From Hydrolagus colliei (taxonomy: Eukaryota): a stretch of DNA of 64,000 bases. Shown piece after piece: positions 39,701 to 50,689 of this stretch (the stretch's first letter is position 1; each line of letters starts with the position of its first letter). The notes below the pieces were generated by a model. It had not been told where the DNA came from. It ran no database searches and was given only the letters and a program-made list of their open reading frames with translations. Position numbers and translations under genes: made by a program. Location: positions 36,704,001 through 36,768,000 of the forward strand of contig CM068746.1 in NCBI GenBank assembly GCA_035084275.1, in the 5' to 3' direction.

Positions 39701-42242
39701 CTTCTACTTGAAACTAAGGCACTGGACAGGATCCAGTTAGAAGTACTCCTCATCTCGGTCAGAACACAGGTTCATATTCTCATCCAGATTGATTCAGTCT
39801 AGGCTGATACTCCAGTCAAGTACGAGGGGAACATTGGGGAATGCAGTTTCCATACAATCATACGGTAATGAGCCATCATCCTTTGCTCTACATTAAAGAA
39901 TTTCCACATCCTCCCATTTCTTGAGATAGATCCAGATAAAATAACAGATAATCATGCAAATCACAGGTTGTGGAATTTATAAAATGGCCTTGACCTCTCC
40001 AGTGGTGTAATAAAAAGGCAGGTCATCACTTTCTAACCATAACATTGAATGAATATGAACTGTAATGCCAAACACAAGACCAAGGCAAGCTTTCTGTTCA
40101 CTTCATTTTTCACATTTTACACATTTTAAAGTGTAAATAGTCCAGCACAAAACAACATTCAACACACCCTGACAAGATCTGACAGACTTGCAAACGTGTT
40201 ACTTAGGTGCTGAAACCAGTCCAATCATGTTCCCCCCAGGACCTATGTGGCATTCTGTACATACAGTAAACACACATTTTAATGTTAGTTATAATATGCA
40301 ACAAAAGAATGAGTAGCATGAAGTACTAAAACTACTCTGAATAAAACTATTCATGGTTTACCCGACCTGCCCCTAAAACTCTCCGAATTGGTACCAGATT
40401 GGTGTCAGATTCGACCCCCAACTGTCCTTCCTCCCCCACATCCGGTCCCTCATCAGCACCACTTTTTTCCACCCCTGACGTATTGTCCGTATTCGGCAAT
40501 ACCTTGCCTCAAAAGCCACTGAAACTCCGGTCCATAACATTGTCACCTCTTGGCTGGACTACGCAAATGCACTCCTCGCTGGTCTCCCCTCCTGCGCAAT
40601 CCATAAAATTCAGCATATTCAGAACTCTGCTGCCTGTATTCTCACCTGCAACAATTGCGTTCCCCTATTACCCTAGTCCTTGCCAGACTTCACTGGTTCC
40701 CTGCCCCGGAGAGGATCGATTTCAAGATCCTCACTCTTGTCTTCAAATCTCTCCACTTCTCTACACCCCCCCTACCTCTTTGACCTCCTCTCTCCCCCAA
40801 AACAACACCCGCTGCCTTCACTCCTCCAGTTCTGGTCTCCTCCATGTCCCCCAAATCCTCTGCTCCAACATCAGTGGCCTTGCCTTCAACCACCATACTC
40901 CAAAGCTCTGGAACTCCCTTCCTCACTCCCTTTGCCTCGCCCCTCTCTTCCTAGTTTCAGGTCTCAGCTAAAGACCTTCCTCTTCGACCGCGCCTTTAAT
41001 CACCTTTTTCCCCCTTCCCATGGTTCGGGCTCGGGATCCATTATTGTGAAGTGCTCTGAGACACAGTATGGCATGGAGGGCACTATATAAATCAAAGTTG
41101 TTGTTGTTATTGAATAATAGCCATCAGGTACCCCAGCCTACCCACCCTATGATCAGCTGGTTAGGTTTCAGCCATTCTGCACTCGCTCTCTGGAACTCCA
41201 TCCTGGAGTGCCTCCAACTTTATCTTTCACCTTGTTCAAGGAATGTACCAAAATGTCTCAGAATGTACCTCTCATTACAGTTAGGATCATCTTTCCCCAT
41301 CCAATGCCCCTTTAGCTTCCTATCCCAGCTATCCGGGTGCTTTCCAATACAAAAAGTACTACAGTAGAACTCACACAAGTCGTATCTGTTGGGACCATAA
41401 CATCTAATACGACTTAAACAATGTCCAAGTTGCAGGCCAACTGTAAATCGTAGTAAATCTGATTTAATCAGTAATCTGCACTGCGTAGGTATAATCCGGT
41501 AAATTTGAATGCAGTAGTTCATCACTGCAGCTGGTAAATGCACCTGGTGGCATGTCGAGATGACGTTTTTCGTGATCCAAAGCATCTTCGCCGAATGCAC
41601 ACCTACCGGCAAATATTGGGAGGCGCATTGAATTGGGGAAAATTCTTCTGCATGTGCGTCGACACATCAAGACTATATTCCCCACAATTCAATTTGGCTG
41701 GTAAGGGTCAGGACTTAATTTCCCGCGATTCAAGGCTGGAGGTGATTAATACGGTGAGTGCAAAGAAATCTAAGTGATTCTGAAGAAACTGAATGGGACT
41801 CAGATAAATACACAATTTAGTCAATTATACGATTTATAAAGATAGGTCATACAAGTTTTACTGTATATAAGTCTAAATTGTCTTGTATCTGGTACATAAT
41901 CCTTTCGATTACCCATAAGATTGAGATCCTCTGTGTACGCTTTAAACTCATCATACTGTATACCGTTTTAAAAAACCAAACCTTTTGTAAATCAGCCAAA
42001 GCTATTTATAATCAATAAAATATTTTGACAATTATATCAACAATAATAACAGGACACTATCTTGCAAGTGGATTTGAACACCTTAAAACAACTAAACAAG
42101 AGACTTCATATCTAAAAGAGCACATTGGATTCCTCGTGGCAATATCCAGGGTGCTAAGATTTCCATAAATTTGCTTCAGCTGGAGCATATATACACACAA
42201 AACAATTTACACTTACAGCATTTACCAATGGCACCTGGGAGC

Positions 42243-42273
<31 letters not shown>

Positions 42274-45200
42274 CGTAAGAGAATCAAAGTGATCCTTTCT
42301 AGGAGTGATCCTAGAAAATAATTATCTGGACCGGGATGACAAGCAAACCCAGCTTCAATTCCACCAACATTCTGCAACTCTCACAGTTTAAGATAACATG
42401 TGAAGAATGACTACATGGACGACAGAAAACTGCTAAAACACCGATTAAACCAACACAGCACAAATCAACGGCAACTTTAACTTGTACTTATTCACAAAAA
42501 ATAAATGTCAAGAGTTTCAAAAAAAGATTAATCAGAAAGTTGTTTGGGGGTCAAATTCAGCAGTTAATCTGTGCTAGCAATGTTGTGCAAACAGTAAGGT
42601 AAACTGTCAATTTGAATTTGGATGAGGTGGGAATATATGCCAGAAGGAAATAACGCCATAATTATGAAACAGCAGTAGGGCTCCTTAAGGATTCAAGCAC
42701 ATGTTAATGTGTGTGGAAGAAAAAAGAGTGTATTGTAATTTTAGAAAACTACTTTTCCAAATTTGAGTCACATCCCCTTTTATCTTCCACAGCAACCAAC
42801 AGGACATGTTATCTTTTGGAACAGCTATTCCAGTTCCTGCTATAGAGGCAATGAGGGTTTACATTAAGTAATAATTTCATGTTTTACTTCATACTTTACT
42901 TAGATATTTACATACTAAACTACTTTAAAAAAGGGGGATAAACTCAAAGCTGACCAATTTTCCATCTCCCCCATAAGACTATAGAACCCTTTGAGAAATA
43001 TTGGTCAGTTACTTAACACATGGGGCTGTCTAGCATTATTTGCAAGTCTTATTCCCCGAGGTGCAATTCCATAGAACACAGTTGGTAATATACTCATTTG
43101 CCCGTTTCGTTCCAAAAAATACTTCAGTTGTTCAAGGAGAGGCTCAAACTTCGACCCACCTTGTGCCCAAATACAACATATGTGCAACAAGCCAGTTTTA
43201 GAAGGATGAGAAACGTAGATAACCTGACGTCACTAGACAAGAATTTGGAATGAATACCATATTTCGCATTAATATTTCCCCAAATCCAAAGGAATCTGCT
43301 CCTTAAATAACTAATTGGCAGATCACTGTGCAATGGAGATAAGTGGAACTTCAAAACGTGCTTTAAAGGGACAAGCTCAGTGCTGTTAAAAATAGATGCC
43401 ATAGAAGTATCCGTGTGAAAAATATGCACTTAATATGTACCTTATCCCATTATGTAGAGATAGGTGGCATTGAATGACCAATTTTATTTGGTCGAAGGCT
43501 GTCAAGGACACTAGGAGAAATTCGCTTTTTGATTAGTGCTACATGAGCTTCAACGTCCACCCTAAGAGGCAAGAATGACCACAACTGGTTGACTTACTGC
43601 ACAGGGGAGCTTGGTGAGGATGTGCAGACATACATAGGCAATAACAGCATACTCATGCCTGTCAATGTCAACGAGGAAGAGCATATGGATGAAGACAGGA
43701 GAAAGGATAGATCTTTGCGTATTCAAAAGGTGACACGGGTCAAAGGCATTGGAGGAGATGCAGCGATGCTGTTGGAAAAGGGAGGGATAAGATTGGACAA
43801 AACACTGGTCTTGTCCAATCTCACGACAGCATGTTGATACATAGGCTTTGGAGAGAGAGAGGAAAAAATGCCTTATAAAGGACAAGCCATGTAGGACAAC
43901 CAAAGAAAATAATAAGTTTATTGCAACTATAAAGTATCATCATTGGAAAAGGAACATGGTGGAAACAAAAACTTGTTCACTAAAACCACTAAGCCATTCG
44001 ATGAAATATAATATACATTATATATTAACTAGAAATAACTTGTACAATTTGCATGATCTGGATAAAATGTTATGCAAAATGATCTCTGGCCGCACTCAGC
44101 AACAGTGAGACATTTCTTTATCAACCATTCTATATATATATATCTAAACAAAATAATCAGGTCTTGCATTAAAGAAAATGTGGAATCCTTGCTTAACACA
44201 AGGATTAAGTTTGTATGATACTGTGTTCATTAACTTGTCAGATGATTTTAAACATGAACACGTGTGAAATTCCTGACTGTATTCCAAGCATTGATCCCAC
44301 AATTCCAGTTTTAAATCATCGGTTCCAAGTCAGATTCAAAGATAGTTATCCATTTCAAAGGTACCAGTACATAATAGTACTATAATAATCATTGCAATTG
44401 ATATAACGCCTTATTGATATAAGGCACTTTACAGAAAATACTGCAAAGTGAATTGAAAGTTTTTTTCGGATGAAATGCCACAGCCAATTAGACACAGCAG
44501 TGTCCCTCAAGCAGTTGGAGATTGAGTAACCAATTTATTCTCATTATTATTTTGAAGACATTATTACTCACGGAAAAGCAATCTGCCAATCAACTGACAA
44601 CCAGGTTCCTACTAACTGCTAATTAAACAAAGGCATGCGGAGTAAGGAAACATGCTCAACATTTCGCCCTGCCAGGAATCGACCAGAGGTCTCTCTCTCA
44701 CTTGCAAAGCAAGTGCTCTAACCATAAATTATTTTATTCATAAAACAAACATTTACATTAAAAGTTACATAGTGTAAGTATGCACACACACTGACACATT
44801 TGCCATCTATGCATGGAAATTCTCTGGTCTAGAAACACAGTATGTGTTTGTGGGACATCCTCCCAACATGAAAGACACTATCAATGTAATTTTGTTGTTG
44901 TTGTGTCTCGCTGGAATTCAACCAGCTAAAACCACAACAGTTCACATTTCCACTGAGAACTGACTGGTACGCTTCCCGCTGCCTGTCCAGCTGGGACCAC
45001 CCTACCCATCAGAAGTTTGGCCTGCAAAGTTAGCAGAAATTGAGAGTGGGAACAATCTGTGCCCCCGGTGGCCTTCCAAGTCTTCCAAAGAGCCAGGCTG
45101 GCTGGACTGTCATCAGCAGTGCCTGTGAGAGCATTGTGGACGTGTCTGGCTCCGGAACTGGACTGGACTACCAACTCACCACAGAGTATTTACTCTATTC

Positions 45201-48200
45201 TGACAATCCTTTTGTTACTTTGGAGCCGCAATTAGAAGGAGACCCACTTATCTCCTCATCAATCCTTGGTACCACAGTAAAAAATAATTAAATCAACCAT
45301 ATTTTGGGATAAAAAGTTGCACCATTTTCATTCGAAAAATATAACTATTTAATGTTTTCCTTTCTCTTCCCATCTCCCCAAACGCCTCGATCTCACAGCT
45401 GCAATTAAGTGTGTGACAAGACAGCGGGAAGAGGGGAGCAAGACAAAACTCCCAGAATGCTATATATGCTTCAGGGGTGGGGGGAAGGAGAGAAGGTCTT
45501 GGGGATGATAACATAGGTAAACTTTCTCTCTGAAAACAAATTATTGGCTACATAAAGGCACTAGCCAATTCAAAGTCTTGCACAGTGCAATTTGCAACAG
45601 AGAAACTGATGTAAAAATGTACATCACAATAACATCAAGCAGCACCAATGGTGAATTCCAGGTGCAAGCATAATTTTTATATCTGGTTTATACATAAAGG
45701 TGGTGCCAGAGGAAATATTATTTTAAGCCCCCTATTGCAATAAGAATAGTACCATGACTCGTCCTCCTAGCAATGTGGCATTGCCTGCACCATACAAACC
45801 TAATGCAACACAAGGTATATTCTTGGTTGGGTTCTAAACAGCCTCAGGAAACAGTCGACACAAGAGTGATCATATATCACTTAACGGATTACCTTACGCT
45901 GCTGGTTTCTGTTGCACTAAGTTACAAAAGGTGGTTCCAACTTGCACAAGAAGCAGATTTCATGATTCAGACCAGTAGCTAATTATTAAAATATTTAGGC
46001 CACCCGCACAGCTTTGCACCAGAATACATCATAAATTATCAGGACATTCACAGTGTATTCAGAGGCAAGCAATGCTGAATTCATACCAGCTTCAAGTCAC
46101 TCCGCCCCTAGCTAGGTGCAAATATGAACATACTTGTAGATAATTCCAGTCTCAGCTAGTTTAGAAAAAGTGACACTGCCCACTAGAGAACATTTTGACC
46201 AAAATTAGGACCACTGAAGTATCCGATATGATACACAACCCGAGTAAACTTTATAACAATTCAGGGTGTGCACCATAATAAACTGGTGATGTAGCAAAGG
46301 CTTCAAAGCTATGTTGCCAAAGGACAAATGCTTCAAAATCTTTAATTCAAAATGGCAGCAAGTGATAATATTAAACTACCAAATTTTGTGCCCCACATCA
46401 TAAATAGGTACCAATAGATCAGATTGGTACTCTAACTGAATTGACTGGTTTCAATTTTGCAAACAAAATGCAAAAACAAACCTATTTCAAAGCATGGAGG
46501 CAAGTGGGATAACCATGCCTCACAACAGCATTCTTTCAACAATGCCAATGCAACAGAAGAAAGGAGCAGACACAGACGCAGGAGGGCCAGTGACATGGAG
46601 AGATCACACCATGTGGGGGAAGGGAACAGAAGCAATAAGATATATAAAGTACAAGGCGTGGGCAAGGAAGACAATCAAAAATATGAGCAATCTTCCCCCA
46701 CTGAATTCAGTTTGAGGTTACAAAGATGCAAACAAAATAACATCAAGGGTAACAATGCAGCAAATACTAGCTAGAAGCCACATTTAAACCCTAGAATCTA
46801 AATAAAATCGTGAAAAATTTAAATAGATAATGGTGTAAACTTGTTATTAAGAAATGTACAAAAGAGGCATCTAGGCCTGATAAACTTGCAAAGTTATCTG
46901 AAAGGCTTATGGTCCAAATACATCAAATCCGGTCGTTTGCAATCCGATTTCACCACAACAGGACAAAACATTTAGTACTGTACATTTTGAATACCGTAAA
47001 CAAAATCATAGCTGTACTACACAAGATTTTAGAATTGCTAATGGAACACAATTAAAGCAATTCTTTCCTCAATGCAAATTTCCAGCTCTGAAATGCTTCA
47101 AAATGTAAAATTCAGAGATGTATACATTTCTTGCAGTAATTATTTTAAAACAAAGGGCATATTCTCATATGGTATAGATGGTCCATTTGAATTCAAATAC
47201 ATTTCCTCGGGAAGCCCAAAAGCATCAATGAACTTCAGGAGCTAAGGTTTGTTGAAATGGTGCATCAGTTTCTATACTGATGACATGTAAATATGCACAC
47301 TGACCTTTGGATATCTAATTGGAAATGGAGCGGAGAATCTCTTGGGGGCAAAAAATTATGTTCTTTCCATAACCACCCAGCAGAAAAACATCTGTCAAGT
47401 TTGACTTGTATAACATATCATCAAGCCAGCAAATATCAAAATAGTTATTAAACTTAAATAAAAATGTGCTAGGTAAAGGATACAATACAACATTGCTGGT
47501 TTGATCAAGATTCTGAATAAATGACCACAGTGAATAGTTGAAACATTGTCTATTTGTACCCTTGTTTATAGTAATATTGTTTTGAAATACATATTCTTTT
47601 TAAGTTTTCTTTGCTACCATCTACACTTCAAAATTACCGTATAGTCCCTCAAACACTTTTGCTCAATATGGTATTTTAGCGCCAACTAATAATTCACACC
47701 TCTTCCCACCTAAAAGTCTACGAACCCTCTACTACAAACATTCAGCTTGCAAAATATTCAACCAATGGTTAGATCAAACTATATCCTGACACGCTTGCTA
47801 TTCAATGTATTTTGTCAATGCTATTTTATGTTTAGGACCACTATATATATTTAAAAATATGTACCAACAGTACAAAACGGTATTGAAACAGAAAATTAAT
47901 ATTCCTCTTGCATGAATTCATTGAACAAAAATGTTTCACAATTCAGAAAAAAATAGATGGCTGGTTTCAGAAATGGAAATGGCACATTGATGATGTTGTT
48001 TTCTATTAATTAATTTAGCAGCAGTAGGTTACAGAATCTTACGGCACAAAAGGAGGCCATTCGGTCCACTGAGTCTGTGCCAGCTCTTTAAAAAGAACAA
48101 TCTAATCCCACTCCCCATAACCGCGCAAACCTATCCTCCCCAAATAAATGTCTAGATATTGAGTTTGGACCAAAAACAGAAAGTCGATTCCTGCACTAAT

Positions 48201-50223
48201 TATTACAACAAAAAGTTAAAGCCCTAAGTTAACTTTACATAGCTCTCAAAGCATTCAATTATGACTCACATGTTTCAAAATGTTTCACCAGAAAAATTAT
48301 AGCATGTCTCAAAACAAGCCTGCTCAATTACAGATTATGCAAGTCAAAACCATTGGGCATCTTTTCCCCTTGATAGTTCACTGAGTGAATGCATCATAGA
48401 GTGGTACTGGTACTTAATAATAATTCAGAACGAGAAAATGCTATGCTCTGTGTGTAATGTACCATATGTTTGCTAATCTCAACTAACATTCTCAAACAAT
48501 GCACTACAACCAGCTTCAAGATCTATGAATTAATGAGAGCTAACACTTTCCCCCTTCTGGAATTTTTTGGGTGAATTCAGATAAAAAACAAGACTAGTTT
48601 TAAGATGATGGTAATGCTCCATTAAATAATAGGTAGCTTTGCATTCCCAAATAACTCGAGAGGGATTGAGAGAGTGGGTGTGGGGGAAGAGGGTGGAGAA
48701 AAGACAATCCACCTTTATAGTGACACCATCTTTGCAAGCAAAAAGGTTAATGTCATAAAGGCAAATAACCTCTCCAGGCAGAAAGAGAGCGACTGCTCCA
48801 TTTGGAAATGGAAATGCTTTAAATATTTATTTTTAAACAAAAGTCTACAAATAAAGTCGACATTAGCAAAATAAAACGTTGCAATACTGTTAAGAACAAG
48901 CAGTTTTCAGATGTTTCTACCATACAGATACTGATGGAAGTAATGCACCGGTTTTGTTTGTCTGCTCGATTGTCTCCACACAGAAAAGGGTGGGCCAGGA
49001 TGATTCGGAAGGCTCCCCGTCCATGTTTGACACTTTAGTAAGACTTCGTATTTAATGTAGTGTTGAATTTTTTTTTAAATGAGCACAGTAACAAATCGTT
49101 GCAAGATCAATTGATCGCATTCCAGCTTTGAAATGTACACAGCGATCCATCGCCTTGCGCAACATCCGCAAACTGCCCATAATTTCTGACTCACGCCGCT
49201 CAGAAATTCATTGCATTTTTGTTGCCCCCCACCCCCACCTCAAAAAAAATCCAGGAGTTAACTCTCGAAAATGCACGGGCTTCAACACAGCGTCCTGTAC
49301 TGTTGAGGTACATACAGACAAAAGGGTTCACAGCATATTTATGGTTGGGGAAAAAAAAGGAGGGGACTGGAGGTGGAGTGGGTGGGTTGAAGCCAAGACC
49401 CAGACAACCCCAGGTTTTTAATTATTCTCAGACAGAGAAAGGGAGGGAGAGACAGGAGGAGGGGATGGGGTGGTGGAGGGGATGGTGGGGGGTGGGAGAC
49501 ATAGGCCTCACAGCCTGAAGCTGGTAGTGATGATCCCATTGGGATGGATGGAAGTATACGGATGGATGGTAAGGACAGAGCTTAGTTAGAGAGGGAGAGG
49601 ACAATGGACTGGATATTGGAACAACAACGAAAAATAACCCCCCCCCAAAAAAAAAACCTGGAAAGTCTGGAGAAAATGATTAAATATCCTAATTGCGGGG
49701 GGGGGGGGGGGGGGGGGGAGGAGTGAATGCAAAGATGATGATCTTCCTTTCTCGTCTGGTCTCTTTCCCCACCACACACACACACATAGAAACACACACG
49801 TACAACATGCACACACAAAACATGCACTCACACACACAAAACATGCACACACACACACACACAAAACATGCACTCACACACACAAAACATGCACACACAC
49901 ACAAAACATGCACTCACACACACAAAACATGCACTCACACACACAAAACACAGAGAAATGCACAACCTGCATACACACACAAACACAACACTCGGAAAAC
50001 ACACACCACATACAATACACAGCGAGAAAACACACACACACCAACCAACCTCCCCCCACCCTCTCAGACAGCTAACTCACAGTAAAGGCAGTAAGTGAAA
50101 TAAGCAGCCACTAAACTCACTCACCATGAAGTCGTTGGCGAAGTTGTCCTCCCCGTTCTGGTCGCGCACTTTCATGGCCTGAACCCGCTCAATGAATTTC
50201 TGGAGGATCTCGGCTTGCTCCAT
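6538..50223 (-). CDS. PTPN12: Tyrosine-protein phosphatase non-receptor type 12 (PTP-PEST), coding exons 1-13 spliced; 3' end outside window
   Basis: Spliced translation [18 protein letters not shown]...KNRYKDILP-like ([10 protein letters not shown])...WPDHDVP...[11 protein letters not shown]...QTKEQY...PPKPPR...[11 protein letters not shown] matches PTP-PEST. Exon sizes 99,109,77,96,39,72,60,143,67,78,87,86,968 nt; all introns GT-AG; phases consistent. Confidence 0.98.
7885..8168. mobile_element. Two SINE 3' fragments in opposite orientations
   Basis: Minus copy about 7890-8050; plus tail about 8055-8168. Confidence 0.7.
9603..9916. mobile_element. hAT-family MITE
   Basis: Perfect 8-bp TSD gtaaatac (9595-9602, 9917-9924); TIRs TA(T/G)GGTCCG..ATATC; many ATATCG/CGATAT subterminal repeats. 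Confidence 0.9.
10330..10415 (-). CDS. PTPN12: PTPN12 exon 12 ([28 protein letters not shown])
   Basis: ttccag| acceptor, |gtaatt donor, 86 nt; P1 PPKPPR motif. Confidence 0.96.
10536..10882 (+). mobile_element. Full-length tRNA-derived SINE
   Basis: A-box tagctcagtgg, B-box-like ggtttgattcc, body, tail ggaatattatta. Confidence 0.9.
11258..11344 (-). CDS. PTPN12: PTPN12 exon 11 ([29 protein letters not shown])
   Basis: cttcag| acceptor, |gtgagt donor, 87 nt. Confidence 0.93.
11701..11778 (-). CDS. PTPN12: PTPN12 exon 10 ([26 protein letters not shown])
   Basis: ttccag| acceptor, |gtatg donor, 78 nt; Q-loop. Confidence 0.97.
12028..12060. repeat. (TA)n microsatellite forming a perfect palindrome tggc(ta)n gcca
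   Basis: Seen directly. Confidence 0.9.
12414..12480 (-). CDS. PTPN12: PTPN12 exon 9 ([23 protein letters not shown])
   Basis: ccatag| acceptor, |gtgagt donor, 67 nt; completes P-loop [10 protein letters not shown]. Confidence 0.97.
13655..13925 (+). mobile_element. Deu-domain SINE (SacSINE1-like), 3' part
   Basis: caggtggacgttaaagatccaatggcactatt..aagag Deu-like core plus L2-type tail. Confidence 0.75.
13934..14076 (-). CDS. PTPN12: PTPN12 exon 8 ([47 protein letters not shown])
   Basis: catag| acceptor, |gtatgg donor, 143 nt; WPD loop and catalytic Cys. Confidence 0.97.
14957..15016 (-). CDS. PTPN12: PTPN12 exon 7 ([20 protein letters not shown])
   Basis: ctccag| acceptor, |gtgagt donor, 60 nt. 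Confidence 0.96.
15830..16082 (+). mobile_element. SINE, 5'-truncated
   Basis: Family body and tail. Confidence 0.8.
16775..17027. mobile_element. Tigger-like MITE related to 1463-1938
   Basis: TIR core TGCTTAACGTTG / CAACGTTAAGCA, TA flanks, shared subterminal aaaagtgcgactttaag.aaacaatgtt. Confidence 0.75.
17677..17812 (-). mobile_element. SINE 3' half
   Basis: Family body. Confidence 0.8.
19255..19626 (+). mobile_element. Full-length tRNA-derived SINE
   Basis: Head, body and (TTA)n tail. Confidence 0.88.
20009..20080 (-). CDS. PTPN12: PTPN12 exon 6 ([24 protein letters not shown])
   Basis: catag| acceptor, |gtaagt donor, 72 nt; KCxxYWP motif. Confidence 0.96.
21202..21240 (-). CDS. PTPN12: PTPN12 exon 5 ([13 protein letters not shown])
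   Basis: ttacag| acceptor, |gtgagt donor, 39 nt. Confidence 0.96.
21560..22130 (+). mobile_element. Old degenerate CR1 LINE fragment
   Basis: EKDLGV-like (gaaaaaggatttaggtgtg) and downstream CR1 ORF2-end-like remnants. Confidence 0.5.
23140..23235 (-). CDS. PTPN12: PTPN12 exon 4 ([32 protein letters not shown])
   Basis: tttag| acceptor, |gtaagt donor, 96 nt; YIATQGP and DFWRM motifs. Confidence 0.97.
23826..23902 (-). CDS. PTPN12: PTPN12 exon 3 ([26 protein letters not shown])
   Basis: ctacag| acceptor, |gtaat donor, 77 nt; DYINA motif. Confidence 0.97.
24100..24365 (+). mobile_element. L2 LINE 3' fragment
   Basis: ctttggaactcc..ttcaaggcccttcttgagaccc.. and tail ggcactctacaaatgcaatgttgttattgtt. 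Confidence 0.7.
24873..25045 (-). mobile_element. SINE 3' half
   Basis: Family body. Confidence 0.82.
25090..25275 (+). mobile_element. Older SINE-like repeat (second family; related remnants near 20220-20520, 32920-33200, 57600-57790)
   Basis: Recurring motif ccag..ttcc..ctcctca.cactgtccagtgacc.ctgctggaaagtg..tagcct. Confidence 0.45.
25816..25924 (-). CDS. PTPN12: PTPN12 exon 2 ([36 protein letters not shown])
   Basis: ttgcag| acceptor, |gtaag donor, 109 nt; pTyr-recognition loop. Confidence 0.97.
26445..26590 (-). mobile_element. SINE 3' half
   Basis: Family body. Confidence 0.82.
27574..27873. mobile_element. hAT-Charlie-type MITE
   Basis: Perfect 15-bp TIR CAGTGGTTCTCAACC/GGTTGAGAACCACTG; degenerate TSD gtctagca / gtct(ca)agca; gtacccc subterminal repeats. 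Confidence 0.88.
33216..33906. mobile_element. Non-autonomous DNA transposon with (GA)-rich interior
   Basis: TIRs CATAGCTGCCA / TGGCAGCTCTG flanked by direct repeat taactg; (GA)n-rich 33520-33785. Confidence 0.75.
35760..36045 (-). mobile_element. tRNA-derived SINE
   Basis: (TAA)n tail, body, partial head (ccactgagctac-like). Confidence 0.85.
37118..37395 (+). mobile_element. Deu-domain SINE (SacSINE1-like)
   Basis: tRNA head tggctcagtgatagcactctcacctcagaatcagagg..ggttcaagtc plus Deu core gaggtgcc..ttcggatga..ttaaac..caggtgga. Confidence 0.8.
39110..39425 (+). mobile_element. Two SINE 3' fragments
   Basis: Tails ending (TTA)n at about 39255 and 39425. Confidence 0.7.
40361..41109 (+). mobile_element. 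L2 LINE 3' fragment
   Basis: Frameshifted L2 ORF2 end (LDY.NALL.GL; LH.F..R.RIDFK; WNSLP..L...[10 protein letters not shown]) and (TTG)n tail. Confidence 0.9.
43575..43900 (-). mobile_element. Old L2-like fragment
   Basis: Purine-rich plus strand typical of antisense L2 ORF2. Confidence 0.45.
44380..44722 (-). mobile_element. Near full-length tRNA-derived SINE
   Basis: Tail, body and head (gcaagtgctctaacca). Confidence 0.85.
48031..48150 (-). mobile_element. CR1 3' terminal fragment
   Basis: acggcacaaaaggaggccattcgg matches the 5528 CR1 terminus. Confidence 0.8.
49772..50040. repeat. Compound (CA)n / acacacaaaacatgcactc tandem repeat in intron 1
   Basis: About seven units of 19-25 bp. Confidence 0.9.
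50125..50223 (-). CDS. PTPN12: PTPN12 coding exon 1 ([33 protein letters not shown])
   Basis: ATG at 50223 in strong context (aggATGG); 99 nt; donor ATG|gtgagt. Confidence 0.97.
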
Positions 50224-50689
50224 CCTCCTCGGCGCATTGAAAGGTCTGGGTTCGGTTTATCAATACATAGATAATATATATATATATATGTATGTGTGTG
50301 TATATAACCTCTAATATGTTATAAGAGGTGGGCGCACACACAGCGGGAGAGAAAGAGGGGAAGGATGAAAAGAATCTGGAAGCTTCTTCACCTCCTCTTC
50401 TACTTTCGCATCTTCACTTTTATTTATTCTTTCCCTTCTTTCTATCTGTCTGTCTATCTACCTCTGCTTCCGTCTCTCTGTTTCTCTCTCTCTCTCTCTC
50501 TCTGTTTCTCTCTCCCTCTTTCTTGTGTGTTGGTAACGTTAATTGATTGAGGTGCCCGGGTTCCTCCCTCCTTCTCTCTCTGTGCTTCTCTCTCACTGTC
50601 TTTCTCTCCTTTTCACACACTCTCACTCACTCACTCACTGGCCCAAGCTCTCTGCTTCTCGCCAACCGTTTTTTTTTCTCTCTCTCACG

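Noticed and set aside
49582-50098. CV-rich and TH-rich ORFs; array resembling CRISPR
   Set aside because: (CA)n compound satellite without unique spacers, in eukaryotic context
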